Assembly (NCBI RefSeq): GCF_006345805.1 | Contig: NC_043002.1 | Span: 5,208,001 to 5,272,000, forward strand | Source of the DNA: Octopus sinensis | Taxonomy: Eukaryota | Length of the DNA stretch: 64,000 bases | Reading direction: 5' to 3' | In this document: positions 53,799 through 64,000 of the stretch, piece after piece | Layout of the letters: each line of letters begins with the position of its first letter | How positions within the stretch are numbered: position 1 is the first letter of the stretch | Notes under the pieces: generated by a model | Database searches by the model: none | Told to the model about the DNA's origin: nothing | Seen by the model: the letters and a program-made list of their open reading frames with translations, nothing else | Made by a program: the position numbers and the translations under genes

Positions 53799-54470
53799 GT
53801 ATGTTTGGGTTCTGCTTTGGTTTATACAAGTTGACTCCAAGTCTCACCCAAAGACCTCAAGAGACAACAAGCTAGAAGTACAAGTTGGTGTTATGACCAG
53901 AGTGTCATATATTTGGTTTTGCTCAGAGTATTTTTCCAGAGAACGTCTGTCAAGACATAAGTAAATTATAAGTTTGTTTTAAAAGTAATTTGATGACAAG
54001 ATGATAGTGTGACGTTAAGATGACAGTTAAAGGTGTTTACTATTAAGTACTTTTGACAATGTTTACAGAGTTAAATGTGTTTGGGATTACATAGACAATA
54101 TTTTCCGTGGGGTATGAGCAGTTACCATGAGCACTATTTTTTAAATTTTTTCCATTTTTGGATTTCCTGGTATCTGAAATAGGTAGCAACCAGTCTCTTT
54201 TTGCTGTCATTCATAGGGTACCTAGGAGAACAGGTATTGCCAATTTCTACTTCAAAATCTCTATACTTGCTCAGTTTTTGGTAGGTCACATTTATGTCAA
54301 CTGGGACTGTTATATCGATGAGGAGGCATGATTTTTGTCTGAAATCCTTCAATATAATGTCTGACCTATTTCCATCTGTCTGTCCGTTAGTTTGAACAGT
54401 AAAGTTCCAAAGGAGTGACATGTGATCATTTTCAAGCACTGGCAGTGGTTTGTGTTCTCACCAGCTTTTA
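53799..54470 (-). mobile_element. Older 3' fragment of an R4/Dong-like element, family B-related
   Basis: EHKPLPVLENDHMSLLWNF...NRSDIILKD...LLIDITVP...KIVLMVTAHTPRKILSM*; 3' UTR similar to 53475. Confidence 0.85.
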
Positions 54471-54484
54471 AAACTTACTATTAC

Positions 54485-54825
54485 TCTTTTTAACTCAGGT
54501 TTTGTTGGAAGTCCTAGAGTCTTGCATTCGTAGCGGGCTTGCTGCCTGCAGCCTACGGTACCATGCTGTCTATTATTTTCAACCATCTAATACTTTCCTG
54601 ATTATTCTGGCAGTGCCAAAGATGCAAACCTTTTGTAACAGTTCTACTGGGCACTCTATTCCGATTTCCTTTATATTTCTCTTGATGCCTTCTGATTCTG
54701 TTCCCAAAGACCCAACAGCAATTGGCATTATCTTCATCTTCATTTTCCATAGCTGAGCAGTTTCGTACTTAAGAGGATTGTATATGTCTATTTTTTCGCC
54801 TTCCTTCTTGACTATTCATGGGTCA

Positions 54826-54826
<1 letters not shown>
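54485..54826 (-). mobile_element. 3' fragment of an R4/Dong-like element, family C
   Basis: RC KKEGEKIDIYNPLKYETAQLWKMKMKIMPIAVGSLG...ELLQKVCIFGTARIIRKVLDG*; (AAT)n at 54827-54917 and a taatagtaa remnant at the 3' end. Confidence 0.8.
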
Positions 54827-54917
<91 letters not shown>

Positions 54918-54919
<2 letters not shown>

Positions 54920-55473
54920 GCCCTGATGCAGTACCAGGCAGTGGCTCTCATGGCTTCTGATCTTAACTGATTGGAAGTGTTATCATGTACATTGTTTTGT
55001 CTTGGTATAAAAGATGGGCTACAGCAAATATCTTGCTCAATACCACAGATTTGCTTGTTTGTTGTTTGACCTTAACCAGTTGAGCATGTCCCTTAGTGGC
55101 TGACGATATGTGCATCTCTGATCATGAGCAGAAGTAGTGGGGGAGCATCATAGCCATGTGTTGAGAGGGATGCTTTGGGGTTTGAATAGTTCACCTCTGG
55201 AAACATGGGTGGTTCTTTCAACATCCTTAAACAACCCTTATTCAGGGACCTTTTGAGCGAGATGGGCTACTCAACCTGAAGAAAATTCTAACTGAGCCCC
55301 ACCTGCAAGGTCATGTGCTGTTTATCTTGATATGAGATCACCATGTCGCGCACATATAGTTGTGATGCATGTGCCTGGTGTACCCTTATCAGACGGGTAG
55401 TCATGATGGGTATATTGGGCTTCGTATATTTTACCTCAGTGTAACTTTGATGGCATGAACTGCTCTCTCACTC
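54918..55473 (+). mobile_element. (TAA)n-anchored ~550-bp non-coding retroposon, independent copy
   Basis: atgccctgatgcagt...gatggcatgaactgctctctcactc between (AAT)n tracts; diverged from 30243-30786 but with the same two ends. Confidence 0.8.
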
Positions 55474-55499
55474 AATAATAATAATAATAATAATATCAC

Positions 55500-55816
55500 A
55501 AATATTACTTTCAAGTTTGGTGATGGACAAGCCATAAGGATACAGAGGCGCTCATTTATGAACTAAAAGAATTTCACCAAGATTTAAATTCAAGTAAGAA
55601 TAATTTAAGGGTCCCAGGAATTAATGTGGTTGATAAAGATGAAGTACTGGGTGTAGCAAATGATTGAATTAAAAATATACTGAAAGACATGAAAATCAGA
55701 AAGGCCCCGGGTGAAAAAGTATTGCTCGTCGAATTCTTCAAAGAAGATGAGGACATAGTTTCTTGATAAGTCTTTACAAAATGCACTAAATCAAATAAGT
55801 TTTCCAGCATCTCGAA
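55500..55816 (+). pseudogene. RTE LINE fragment, left half, interrupted by hAT
   Basis: IKNILKDMKIRKAPGEK...EFFK...FPAS. Confidence 0.7.
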
Positions 55817-58167
55817 CGGTAGTTCTCAATCGCGGCTTCTAGAATCATATGCGACCCTCAAGCATCCTTAAGGCGGCCCACGACTTTTTTTTAGGAATTT
55901 AATAAAAAGTCCTAATGTAGAAAGTCCTCTTACATATTCAGAAATACTGATACCAAAGTTAAAACTTTTTAAAAAATAAACCAAGCATAGGTTTGTCTTC
56001 AACTAAAATCGCATCATTTTCTTTCATTCACTGACTCGAGCTTGCGACGACATTAATATCGACATTGAGGTACACGTGCATGTACACACTGGTAATAAAT
56101 TGTTATTCAGCCAGATCAATCACAGAACAGTAAATGAGCATTATTGAACTACCCGTGCTATGACCTTCGTTTACCGGCGTTGGACATGCAAGAAACCACT
56201 CAGTCAGCTGTTATGCATTCTTTCATCATCATTGCATTAACTTTCATTGTCTGTTATGGTGGAACTACCCTTGTTGAAAGCTCATACACTTATGCAAAAG
56301 TATAGTGCATTACAAGCCGATTAAGAAGTAGAATATTTTGTGATTGAAAAAGGACGGCAAGGCACACTGCATCCTCTCTCCTGTGGTGATAAACAATTTG
56401 GAGTCGTTTTATGTTGAGAGACACTACCAAACTCATTCTGAGGAATATATTTGTTACCGAGGAGAATCAAGGAAAATTCTTAACAACAGCGCTCACAAAG
56501 TAAATGAATTTCTTCAAACGTGATTCTAAAGTCGTAAGAATAGAATCATACAGGACTAGTCACATTCTGACTTGCCATATGAAGCCGTATTCGGATAGCG
56601 AAATCATGAAACAGGCTATTGTCATGTTCACAGAAGAATGTTGTTCTTCAAGCATTCAACAAAAAGCAAAGAAAATACAGCTCTGCAATGAATGACACAA
56701 TCACTCGACGTGTTGGATGCTTTTCTAGTAATCTACGTGGCCAACTTCTCTGTAAATCGAGGGCTTTTGTCTGCTGCTCTACCACCGCTCTTGACGGCAC
56801 AAAAGACATTACCGATACAGATCAAGTGGTTGCGTTCGTCAGAGGAGTGATGCCAGACTTCCAGATTTACTAAGAATATCTCACGTTGCGTTCCATTCAT
56901 GACTCCTCAAAAAGGGACAGATACAGTCTGTGAATTTCGTGCAAGCCTTCAAGAAGTACATTTGCATCCGTCAAAACAGTTTTCGATTGCCAGAAATGGA
57001 GATCCTTCTATGCTTGGACAGAAACAAGATCTTCAAGGACTCATTGCTGGACGGTGAGCAGAGAACAATCTTAAAAGACACCGCTGCATTATACACCAGG
57101 AAAATTTCATTGCTAAATCGCTGAAAATGGCCAATACGACAGAGGCAGCAATACCAATCATACACCGGATTCGTGCAAAAGCCCTGAATCATCGTAATTT
57201 TAAGCAGTTTTTACCGGATATCGATGCTGATTATGGAGATGTGTTCATGCTGTTCGGTGGATAAGTCGTGCCACATGTTTGAACATGTTCTACAAACTTC
57301 CCCTAGAAATCAAAGCTTTTGCTGAAGGGAAGATAATCTTCCATCAGTTTTGCAACAAATAATGGATTGATGATTTGGCTGTCATGGTCGATATCACTGC
57401 ACACTTTGCGACTTTGAACCGCACTCAGTCATGAGTTGTACGGTATAGTATCTGCCTTCATTGCAAAGGTTTGGAAGATGCCGATTGCACGTGGTATTGC
57501 GGCCTATTTCCCCTAGCTTTCTGAGCACAAGGATAACAGATCATGCAATAAGTACAGCAAGATCATAAGTGACTTGATTGACGAATTTTAACGTCGTTTG
57601 GTTTACATCAAGGTTTCCTTACCCTCGATGAAAATATTTTCAGCATCTATAGAGGTAGATGCGGTCAGTGCTCCCAAAGAATTTCAAATGGAGTTCCTGG
57701 ATTTGCAGCCAGATATGGGGCTGGCATCCACATTCAAGGATAGTCAGCTACATAACTTCTGGAGGCGAATCCCAGAGGGGAAATATTCTAACTTGATTGC
57801 TAATACACAAGAAAATGCCTCTGTATTTGGTTCAACATGTATATGTGAAGCACTTTTCAGCAAACTGGTGGTTATCAAAACAAAATATGGCGACTGATTG
57901 ACTGAGCATAATGTTAACAAGCTTTTCCGTATGGTGTCTTCCACCATGAGTCCTCGTTTTGACAAACTAGTTGAAAACTGAAAGCAAAATCAAGTTTCAC
58001 ATTAAATTCCATTTGTCTACTATTATCTTTTCTTTTTGCGGTTTTCCCTCTAAAAATTTAATAAACTTTCCTTTAATTGACTTATGTTTACTTTTTTGGT
58101 GAAGCCCCACTAAAAACATCCAAGCTTTTGGATCTGACCCGAATATAAAATTGATTGAGAACCACCG
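55817..58167 (+). mobile_element. hAT transposon, Buster/SPIN (GTF2IRD2/ZBED5-like transposase), decayed
   Basis: 15-bp TIRs cggtagttctcaatc / gattgagaaccaccg; degenerate 8-bp flanks atctcgaa / atataaaa; NDTITRRV, ALDGTKDITDTDQVVAFVRG and FGSTCICEALFSKL..IKTK motifs. Confidence 0.88.
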
Positions 58168-58725
58168 ATATAAAACAATGCAATCATACATTTTATTAGA
58201 ACACTTTTTATTATAGAACTGTAAAAAAACTACAGACAAGCCAGCCTCTTGTCTAACTTCTATTAACTATTCTCCAAAGTGTTTACAAATAGCATCTATC
58301 CTGTTGTTGACTTCAAACAAGCAAGGAAACAAGTAAAATCGAGAATCGGGTTTCCAGTCACCGGCCACTTGCAGTTCATGAGGTAAGTTATTCAGAAACA
58401 AGGAGAATATAGACAACCATTGTATTTCGGCTTTATTGATTATGAAGGAGCCTTCGATAACATTGAAATCACAGCTGTGCTTGAATCTTTTATCGATCGG
58501 AAACTACAACAAAATTATATACAGATTATGAAGAAAATCTATAGTCAAGGAATATTACCTTGAGACTTCATACTAAAAGCGAAAGGATCAATATTGAAAG
58601 AGGAATAATACATGGGATTAAAGCTGCACTCACTGGAAGACATCTGTAAAAGGCTTAAAAAAGATGAAAATGGAATGAACATAAATGGAGAATACTGAAG
58701 TCATTTTACGCTTTGTTACGTTTTC
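58168..58725 (+). pseudogene. RTE LINE RT fragment, right half
   Basis: NNAII...KNYRQASLLS...LFSKVFTN...EYRQPLYFGFIDYEGAFDNIE...GMNINGEY.SH. Confidence 0.8.
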
Positions 58726-58799
58726 AAATGATAATGTTAAATGATATTGAGCAACGAAAGTAAAAGGGCAGAACGAAAATAATGATGAAGAAAATAAAA

Positions 58800-59018
58800 T
58801 GTTAGATTCAAACTTTGGCACAAGACCAGCAATTTCAGGGTAGGGGCTCAACCAATGAAATTGACCCCAGTGCTCAACTGGTACTTATTTTATCGGCCCC
58901 GTAAGGAGGAAAGGCAAAGTTTAATCTCAGCGGATTTTGAACTCAGAGCATAAAGACAGACGAAATGCCGTTAAGCATTTCGTCCGACATGCAACCGATT
59001 CTGCCAGCTCGCCGCCTT
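58800..59018 (-). mobile_element. SINE family A monomer
   Basis: ctggtacttattttatcggccccg...ggattttgaactcag...ctgccagctcgccgcc. Confidence 0.8.
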
Positions 59019-59799
59019 GAAGATGAAAAAAATATTAAGTCATGTTCAACATCCACGTAACAAGTAAAGTCATCAAGATCAATCGTGATATAATACTCTT
59101 ACAAATTTTGTCACAAGACCGACAATTTTGAGGGGAGGGGAGACTTTATAACATCCACCCTAGTTTTATCGACTCCGTAAAGACGAAAAGCAAAGTTGAC
59201 TTCGTCAGTATTTGAATACAGAACGTTATATGTCAGAAGAAATACCGCTAAACATTTTTCCTACCAGCTCGCCGATAGCTGCTAAATCATTTACACATTA
59301 AATTTCCAATTTGTGTAATTATTTTCTGGTATGCGATGTCTACCTTTCCTTTGATTCCCTTATTCGGTTAATAGTATTCACTCATTCAGTAAATTTAGGC
59401 CATAACTTCAAAAAATGTGCTTCTCATAACGTTCTGGAAAATAAATATTTATCAATGAAAGTTTCTACAAAGTAGATTACATCAACTCTGGTGTTCGACT
59501 GATTCTTATTTCATCGGACCATGAAAGACGAAAAATAAAGTCGACAGAATCCGAACTCAGAACAGAAGGACATGCGATATACCGTTAAACTTTTACTTCC
59601 GTTTGGCCGGCGTTCTAACGATTCTGCCAGCGCCTCGCCTAAGAAATACAGAAAGAAATGTGTTCAATAATTTAGTGTAAGCAATGTATTCCCCGTTCTA
59701 CAATGATTTCTTTTTCCTTTTTTTTTTTGCGCATTAAGTTCCGCTGTAATTATAATCTACACCATCTGAAAGGAATTTGATGAGAATTTTATTAAAACA

Positions 59800-60100
59800 C
59801 CAGCAGTATCGCCCGGCGTTGCTCGGGTTTGTAAGGGAAATAACTATATAAGCAATTTTAGAGAGTTACTTCCCTTATTTAATAGCAAAAAATGCATTAA
59901 AAATGGGAAAAAATGATGGTAAATTTTTTTTTAAATCGTAGACTCATCGTAGACGCGCGCTAATACCCAGAAGGGCTCGATATGAATCACAACTATAAAA
60001 TACCAGCTTTTGGTTAAATTGCACCGCAAAATGTGGGAGTAGTTAGGAATCTAAATCGTAGGAGACAGACACCACACAACTTGACTTTTATATATAAAGA
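59800..60100 (-). mobile_element. Non-autonomous Helitron, 301 bp
   Basis: RC: A|TCtttatatataaaa ... cccgagcaacgccggg hairpin, 8 nt, CTGG|T (CTRR). Confidence 0.8.
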
Positions 60101-61108
60101 TATCCACTTTCTAGAAAGTTATGAAGAGGCAAAATCGTGAGGTGGAGGGATATATTTCTGTGTTTATGCCCAATTGACGAAAGGAAATTAAAGTCAGTAG
60201 TTTTCTATTTCTTTAGCAACACCCGACGAATATGAAACGATACTGGAAAGATACTGGAATTGGTTGGCGCTGGATTAAACTTGTAACTGTAGAAAGTAGC
60301 ATTGCAAATATTTGGGAAAATTTTATATGTCTAGAATTATAAACAGACGTTAAACACGCTGCCCCCGCAATAAATTGAATGCTGCATTGAATAAAATGTT
60401 TAATTGAAACGTGGGCGATAGAAAAAATTTCAATCGTACTTTGATAAAAATATATTAAATCTTGAATTTATAAAAATTTTCCTTTGTACTTCCTAAAAGT
60501 ACAAATATCACAACTAATCGCTCTAACGATTCTGTCAATTAATTACCCGTATATGATCATAATTAAACGCCACACTTTGTCCTACTACGTGGCTCTTCTG
60601 GTGTTTTAAAAGTCCGACTTGCGGAAAACAAACGAATTGTGGAATCGATTTCTCTTAGTTACCTTCCTCTTTCTGACAAGTCTACTAATGAATAACTTTT
60701 GATCCTCGAATGAAACTGACCCTAAATCTAGTCAGAGGCGCACTAAGCAGCGTTGAAAGAAATATAGGAGAGTATAATCATATTCAACATGTCCCAGTAT
60801 ACTCGGACATATAAAAATATACGGTGTAGAAATTTTTGGGGGAAGAAAATATTTTCTTATAGACAAAATATTTGAAAAAAAGAAAAAAAAGCATCACTGG
60901 CTATAAATGACGTCATCAGGTCACAGGTCATATGCGTTTCAGCCTCGTTATCGTATTGCTTTTATATTAGAACAGCAAACGAAAAATTTGTTGACGGGAG
61001 CAAAGATTTGTCAAGTTAGAATTAATTAATTAGAGGAATACTAAGCAGCGCTGAATGAAATATAGATGTGATCAATTATATTTAACATGCTTGCGTACAC
61101 TTGGACAT

Positions 61109-61531
61109 CATCATCATCATCATCGTTTAACGTCAGCTTTCCATGCTAGCATGGGTTGGACGATTTTGACTGAGGGCTGGCGAACCAGATGGCTGCACCG
61201 GGCTCCAATCTTGATTTGGTAGAGTTTCTACAGCTGAATGCCCTTCCTAATGCCAACCACTCCGAGAGTGTAGTGGGTGCTTTTTACGTGCCACCGGTAC
61301 GGGGGCCAGTCAGGTGGTACTGGCAACGACCTCGCTCGAATCTTTTTATACATTCCACCAGCACAGGTGCCAGTAAGGCGACGTTGGTAACAAACACGTT
61401 CGAATGGTGCCCTTTTACGTACCACCGGCACGGAAGCCAGTTGGCTGCTCTGACAACGATCACGCTCGGATGGTACTCTTGGCACCCTACTAGCACGGGT
61501 ACAAGTGCCAGTAAGGCGAGACGCTGGTAAC
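61109..61531 (-). mobile_element. 5'-truncated retroposon with internal GC-rich subrepeats and a (GAT)n tail
   Basis: TSD ggacat at 61103-08 and 61532-37; RC ends cccatgctagcatggaaagctgacgttaaacgatgatgatg; subrepeats gtgccaccggcac / gtgccagtaaggcg. Confidence 0.8.
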
Positions 61532-62227
61532 GGACATGGAAAGACATATTCTGCAGAATAGTATCGAAGAAAAAACAATTTCCTTTATAGATAAAATGTG
61601 TGAAAACACATCATTGGTCTATGAACAACGTCATCTGACCGTAGAATGCATGCATTTGTGCTTCGTTACGCTTCGTTAACTACAGATGTTCGAGTTGTCA
61701 TTCATAGCCAAGTGCTTCATGAAGAAGTGTTGGAAAACACTGAAGGTTAAGACAGGTGGGGCACCGTCTGAGAATGGTTAAAGATATACCATAGCAACTG
61801 TTATATGTGAAGATAAACGCTCACAACGCAAGACCCAAGTACACCTTGAGGTTTAAGCTCGCGCCTCACAGGCTGGTTTCATTATTTTAAAAAAGAAAGT
61901 TATTAATCTACGGTATACCATCAAATCATTCATACCTATATGCATACACATATACGTTCATACATGCATATATGTATACATACATCTATACATGCATGCA
62001 TATATACATACAACTAAAAAAAGTGAAAGGTAAAATATCTCAGGGACGCGATATGCAGGTTAAATACTGTGGAGCCAGTCTCACGCATGAAATTTAGGGA
62101 GGTGGAAAACTTTAATGAACAAAAATTATCCATGGTAGTTGTAGAGAAACCATCTCTCTTTTTCCCACTTGCCCTTTCATTAACCTACCCTTCTCTCTCT
62201 CTCGCTCTCTCTCTCTCCCCACACACA

Positions 62228-62775
62228 CAGGTGCAGGTACTGTGATGTAAGAAGATTGCTTTCCACTCATATAGTTCTGAGTTCAGTTACACTGCATGGC
62301 ACCTTTGGCGAGGGTTTTCTGCTATAGCTTCGGGCCGATTAAATCCTTGTGAGTGGATTTGGAAGACAGAAATTGAAAGAAGCCTATTGTATATAAATGT
62401 ATAGTTGTGTATGTTTTTGTCCCCTCCACCGCTTGACAACCAGCGTTGGTGTGTTTACGTCCCTGAAAGTTAGCGGTTCGGCAAAAGAGACTGATAGAAT
62501 AAGTACTAGGCTTTTAGAAAAAAATTAATCCTGGGTCCATTTCTTCGACTAAAAACCCTTGATTTGGCAGAGTTTCTATAGCTGGATGCCCTACCTAACA
62601 CCAACCAATCCGAGAGTGTAGTGGGTGCTTTTTACATGCCACCGGCACGGGGCCAGTCAGGCGGTAAAGGCAACGACCTTGCTCGAATCTTTTTACACAT
62701 GCCACCAGCACAGGTGCCAGTAAGATGCCCCAGCATGGTCACTGTTATATAACTGAAACAAGCAAAAAAGTGAAA
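62228..62775 (+). mobile_element. SINE family B carrying a ~165-bp piece of the 61109 element
   Basis: Family B runs to cgactaaaaaccctt, foreign segment ~62560-62724, then resumes at gatgccccagcatgg. Confidence 0.75.
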
Positions 62776-62796
62776 GATAAAAGAAAGATATATAAG

Positions 62797-63145
62797 CACG
62801 GGCGTGGCTGTGTGGTAGGAGGCTTCCAGGTTTAGCTCCACTCCGTGGCACCTTGGGCAAGTGTCTTCTGCTCTAGCCTCGGGCCGACCAAATCCTTGTG
62901 AGTGGATTTGATAGACAGAAACTGAAAGAAGCCTGTCGTGTGTTACATATGTATATATTTGCGTGTATGTCCCGCCACCGATCTTGGTTTGTTTACATCC
63001 CCGTAACTTATCAGTTCGACAAAAGAGGCCGATAGGATGAGTACCAGAGTTACAAAGAATAAGTCCCGGTGTCGATTTCTTCGACCAAAAGGCGGTGCTC
63101 CGGCATGGCCACAGTCAAAATGGCTGAAGCAAGTAAAAGAATAAA
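62797..63145 (+). mobile_element. SINE family B
   Basis: gcacgggcgtggctgtgtggtagg...ccttgggcaagtgtcttc...gctgaagcaagtaaaagaataaaag. Confidence 0.8.
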
Positions 63146-63666
63146 AGAATATATCCTGAGAAAATATAAAAGTACTAAGTATATACCTACTTGGTACCTC
63201 AAGTACCTCAGTATATACTTAGTACATACTTATTTAGTACCTCCAGTACCTCAGTACTATCCTCCATTTTCTCACTGTCTTACCTTTTCCGCCATTATCC
63301 TCTTCACCAAACCGCACCTTCTCTCTTTTTCTCTTCTTCCTGTATCGTTATCTGATTCACCTGTTTTTTATTTCCTTCTCCAATACTATTAATAATAATA
63401 TTCACCTTCTCATGTTTTCATAATTTCTTCCGTTCTGTTTACCCCTTCCCCCCACACGCAACCACGGACGAATATACACATACATACATACATACATACA
63501 TACATACATACATACATACATACATACATACATACATGCATACATACGTATGTATGTACGTGCATAGATACACACAATCATATATATATAGTATATATAT
63601 ATACACATATATATACATATGTACATATATTTATATACATATTCGTATATGCATACAATCTTATGC

Positions 63667-63730
<64 letters not shown>

Positions 63731-64000
63731 ATGTATATATATATATATGTACTCACACGCACACACACATATTTATATATACATATATACCATCTTCTAC
63801 TATTTCAACCACACCCTAATTCTCTTCTCTTCCAGTAAAGACGACCAACCCCTTACACAAACATTCGCCACCACCACGACTACGACCACGACCACGACGA
63901 CGACCACGACCACGACCACGACGACGACGACCACCACCACCACCATTACTGTTACACAAATTAGTAACACCAGCAACGCGTTTACCAGAGCTATAACACT

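Overview
This is AT-rich, microsatellite-dense eukaryotic DNA made almost entirely of transposable-element debris. The SINE and LINE families resemble those of a coleoid cephalopod such as Octopus (inference, not checked against a database). Only one host-gene piece is supportable: a minus-strand first coding exon (47168-47249) encoding a signal peptide and ending in a GTAAG donor, so bases 1-47167 are probably intronic. Mobile elements include two recognisable mariner relics (cecropia/Hsmar1-like and irritans-like) plus a degraded third, an intron-containing DD34E Tc1 element, a Buster/SPIN-type hAT nested in an RTE LINE, RTE and CR1-like LINE fragments, two small Helitrons, Merlin/hAT/mariner MITEs and at least four tRNA-derived SINE families. 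Most ORFs in the supplied track are microsatellite or SINE translations. The most unusual observations are: (1) minimal type I hammerhead ribozyme folds in palindromic, Penelope-like relics, two with complete cores carrying U3:A8 or U4C variants (39481-39526, 50093-50130) plus degenerate candidates; (2) a stack of four same-orientation R4/Dong-type retrotransposon 3' ends and a ~550-bp non-coding retroposon, all anchored in (TAA)n tracts, some seeded by SINE tails (52373-55495); (3) three separate four-unit tandem arrays of a ~184-bp SINE-derived monomer. All calls were made by eye, and boundaries of degraded elements are approximate.
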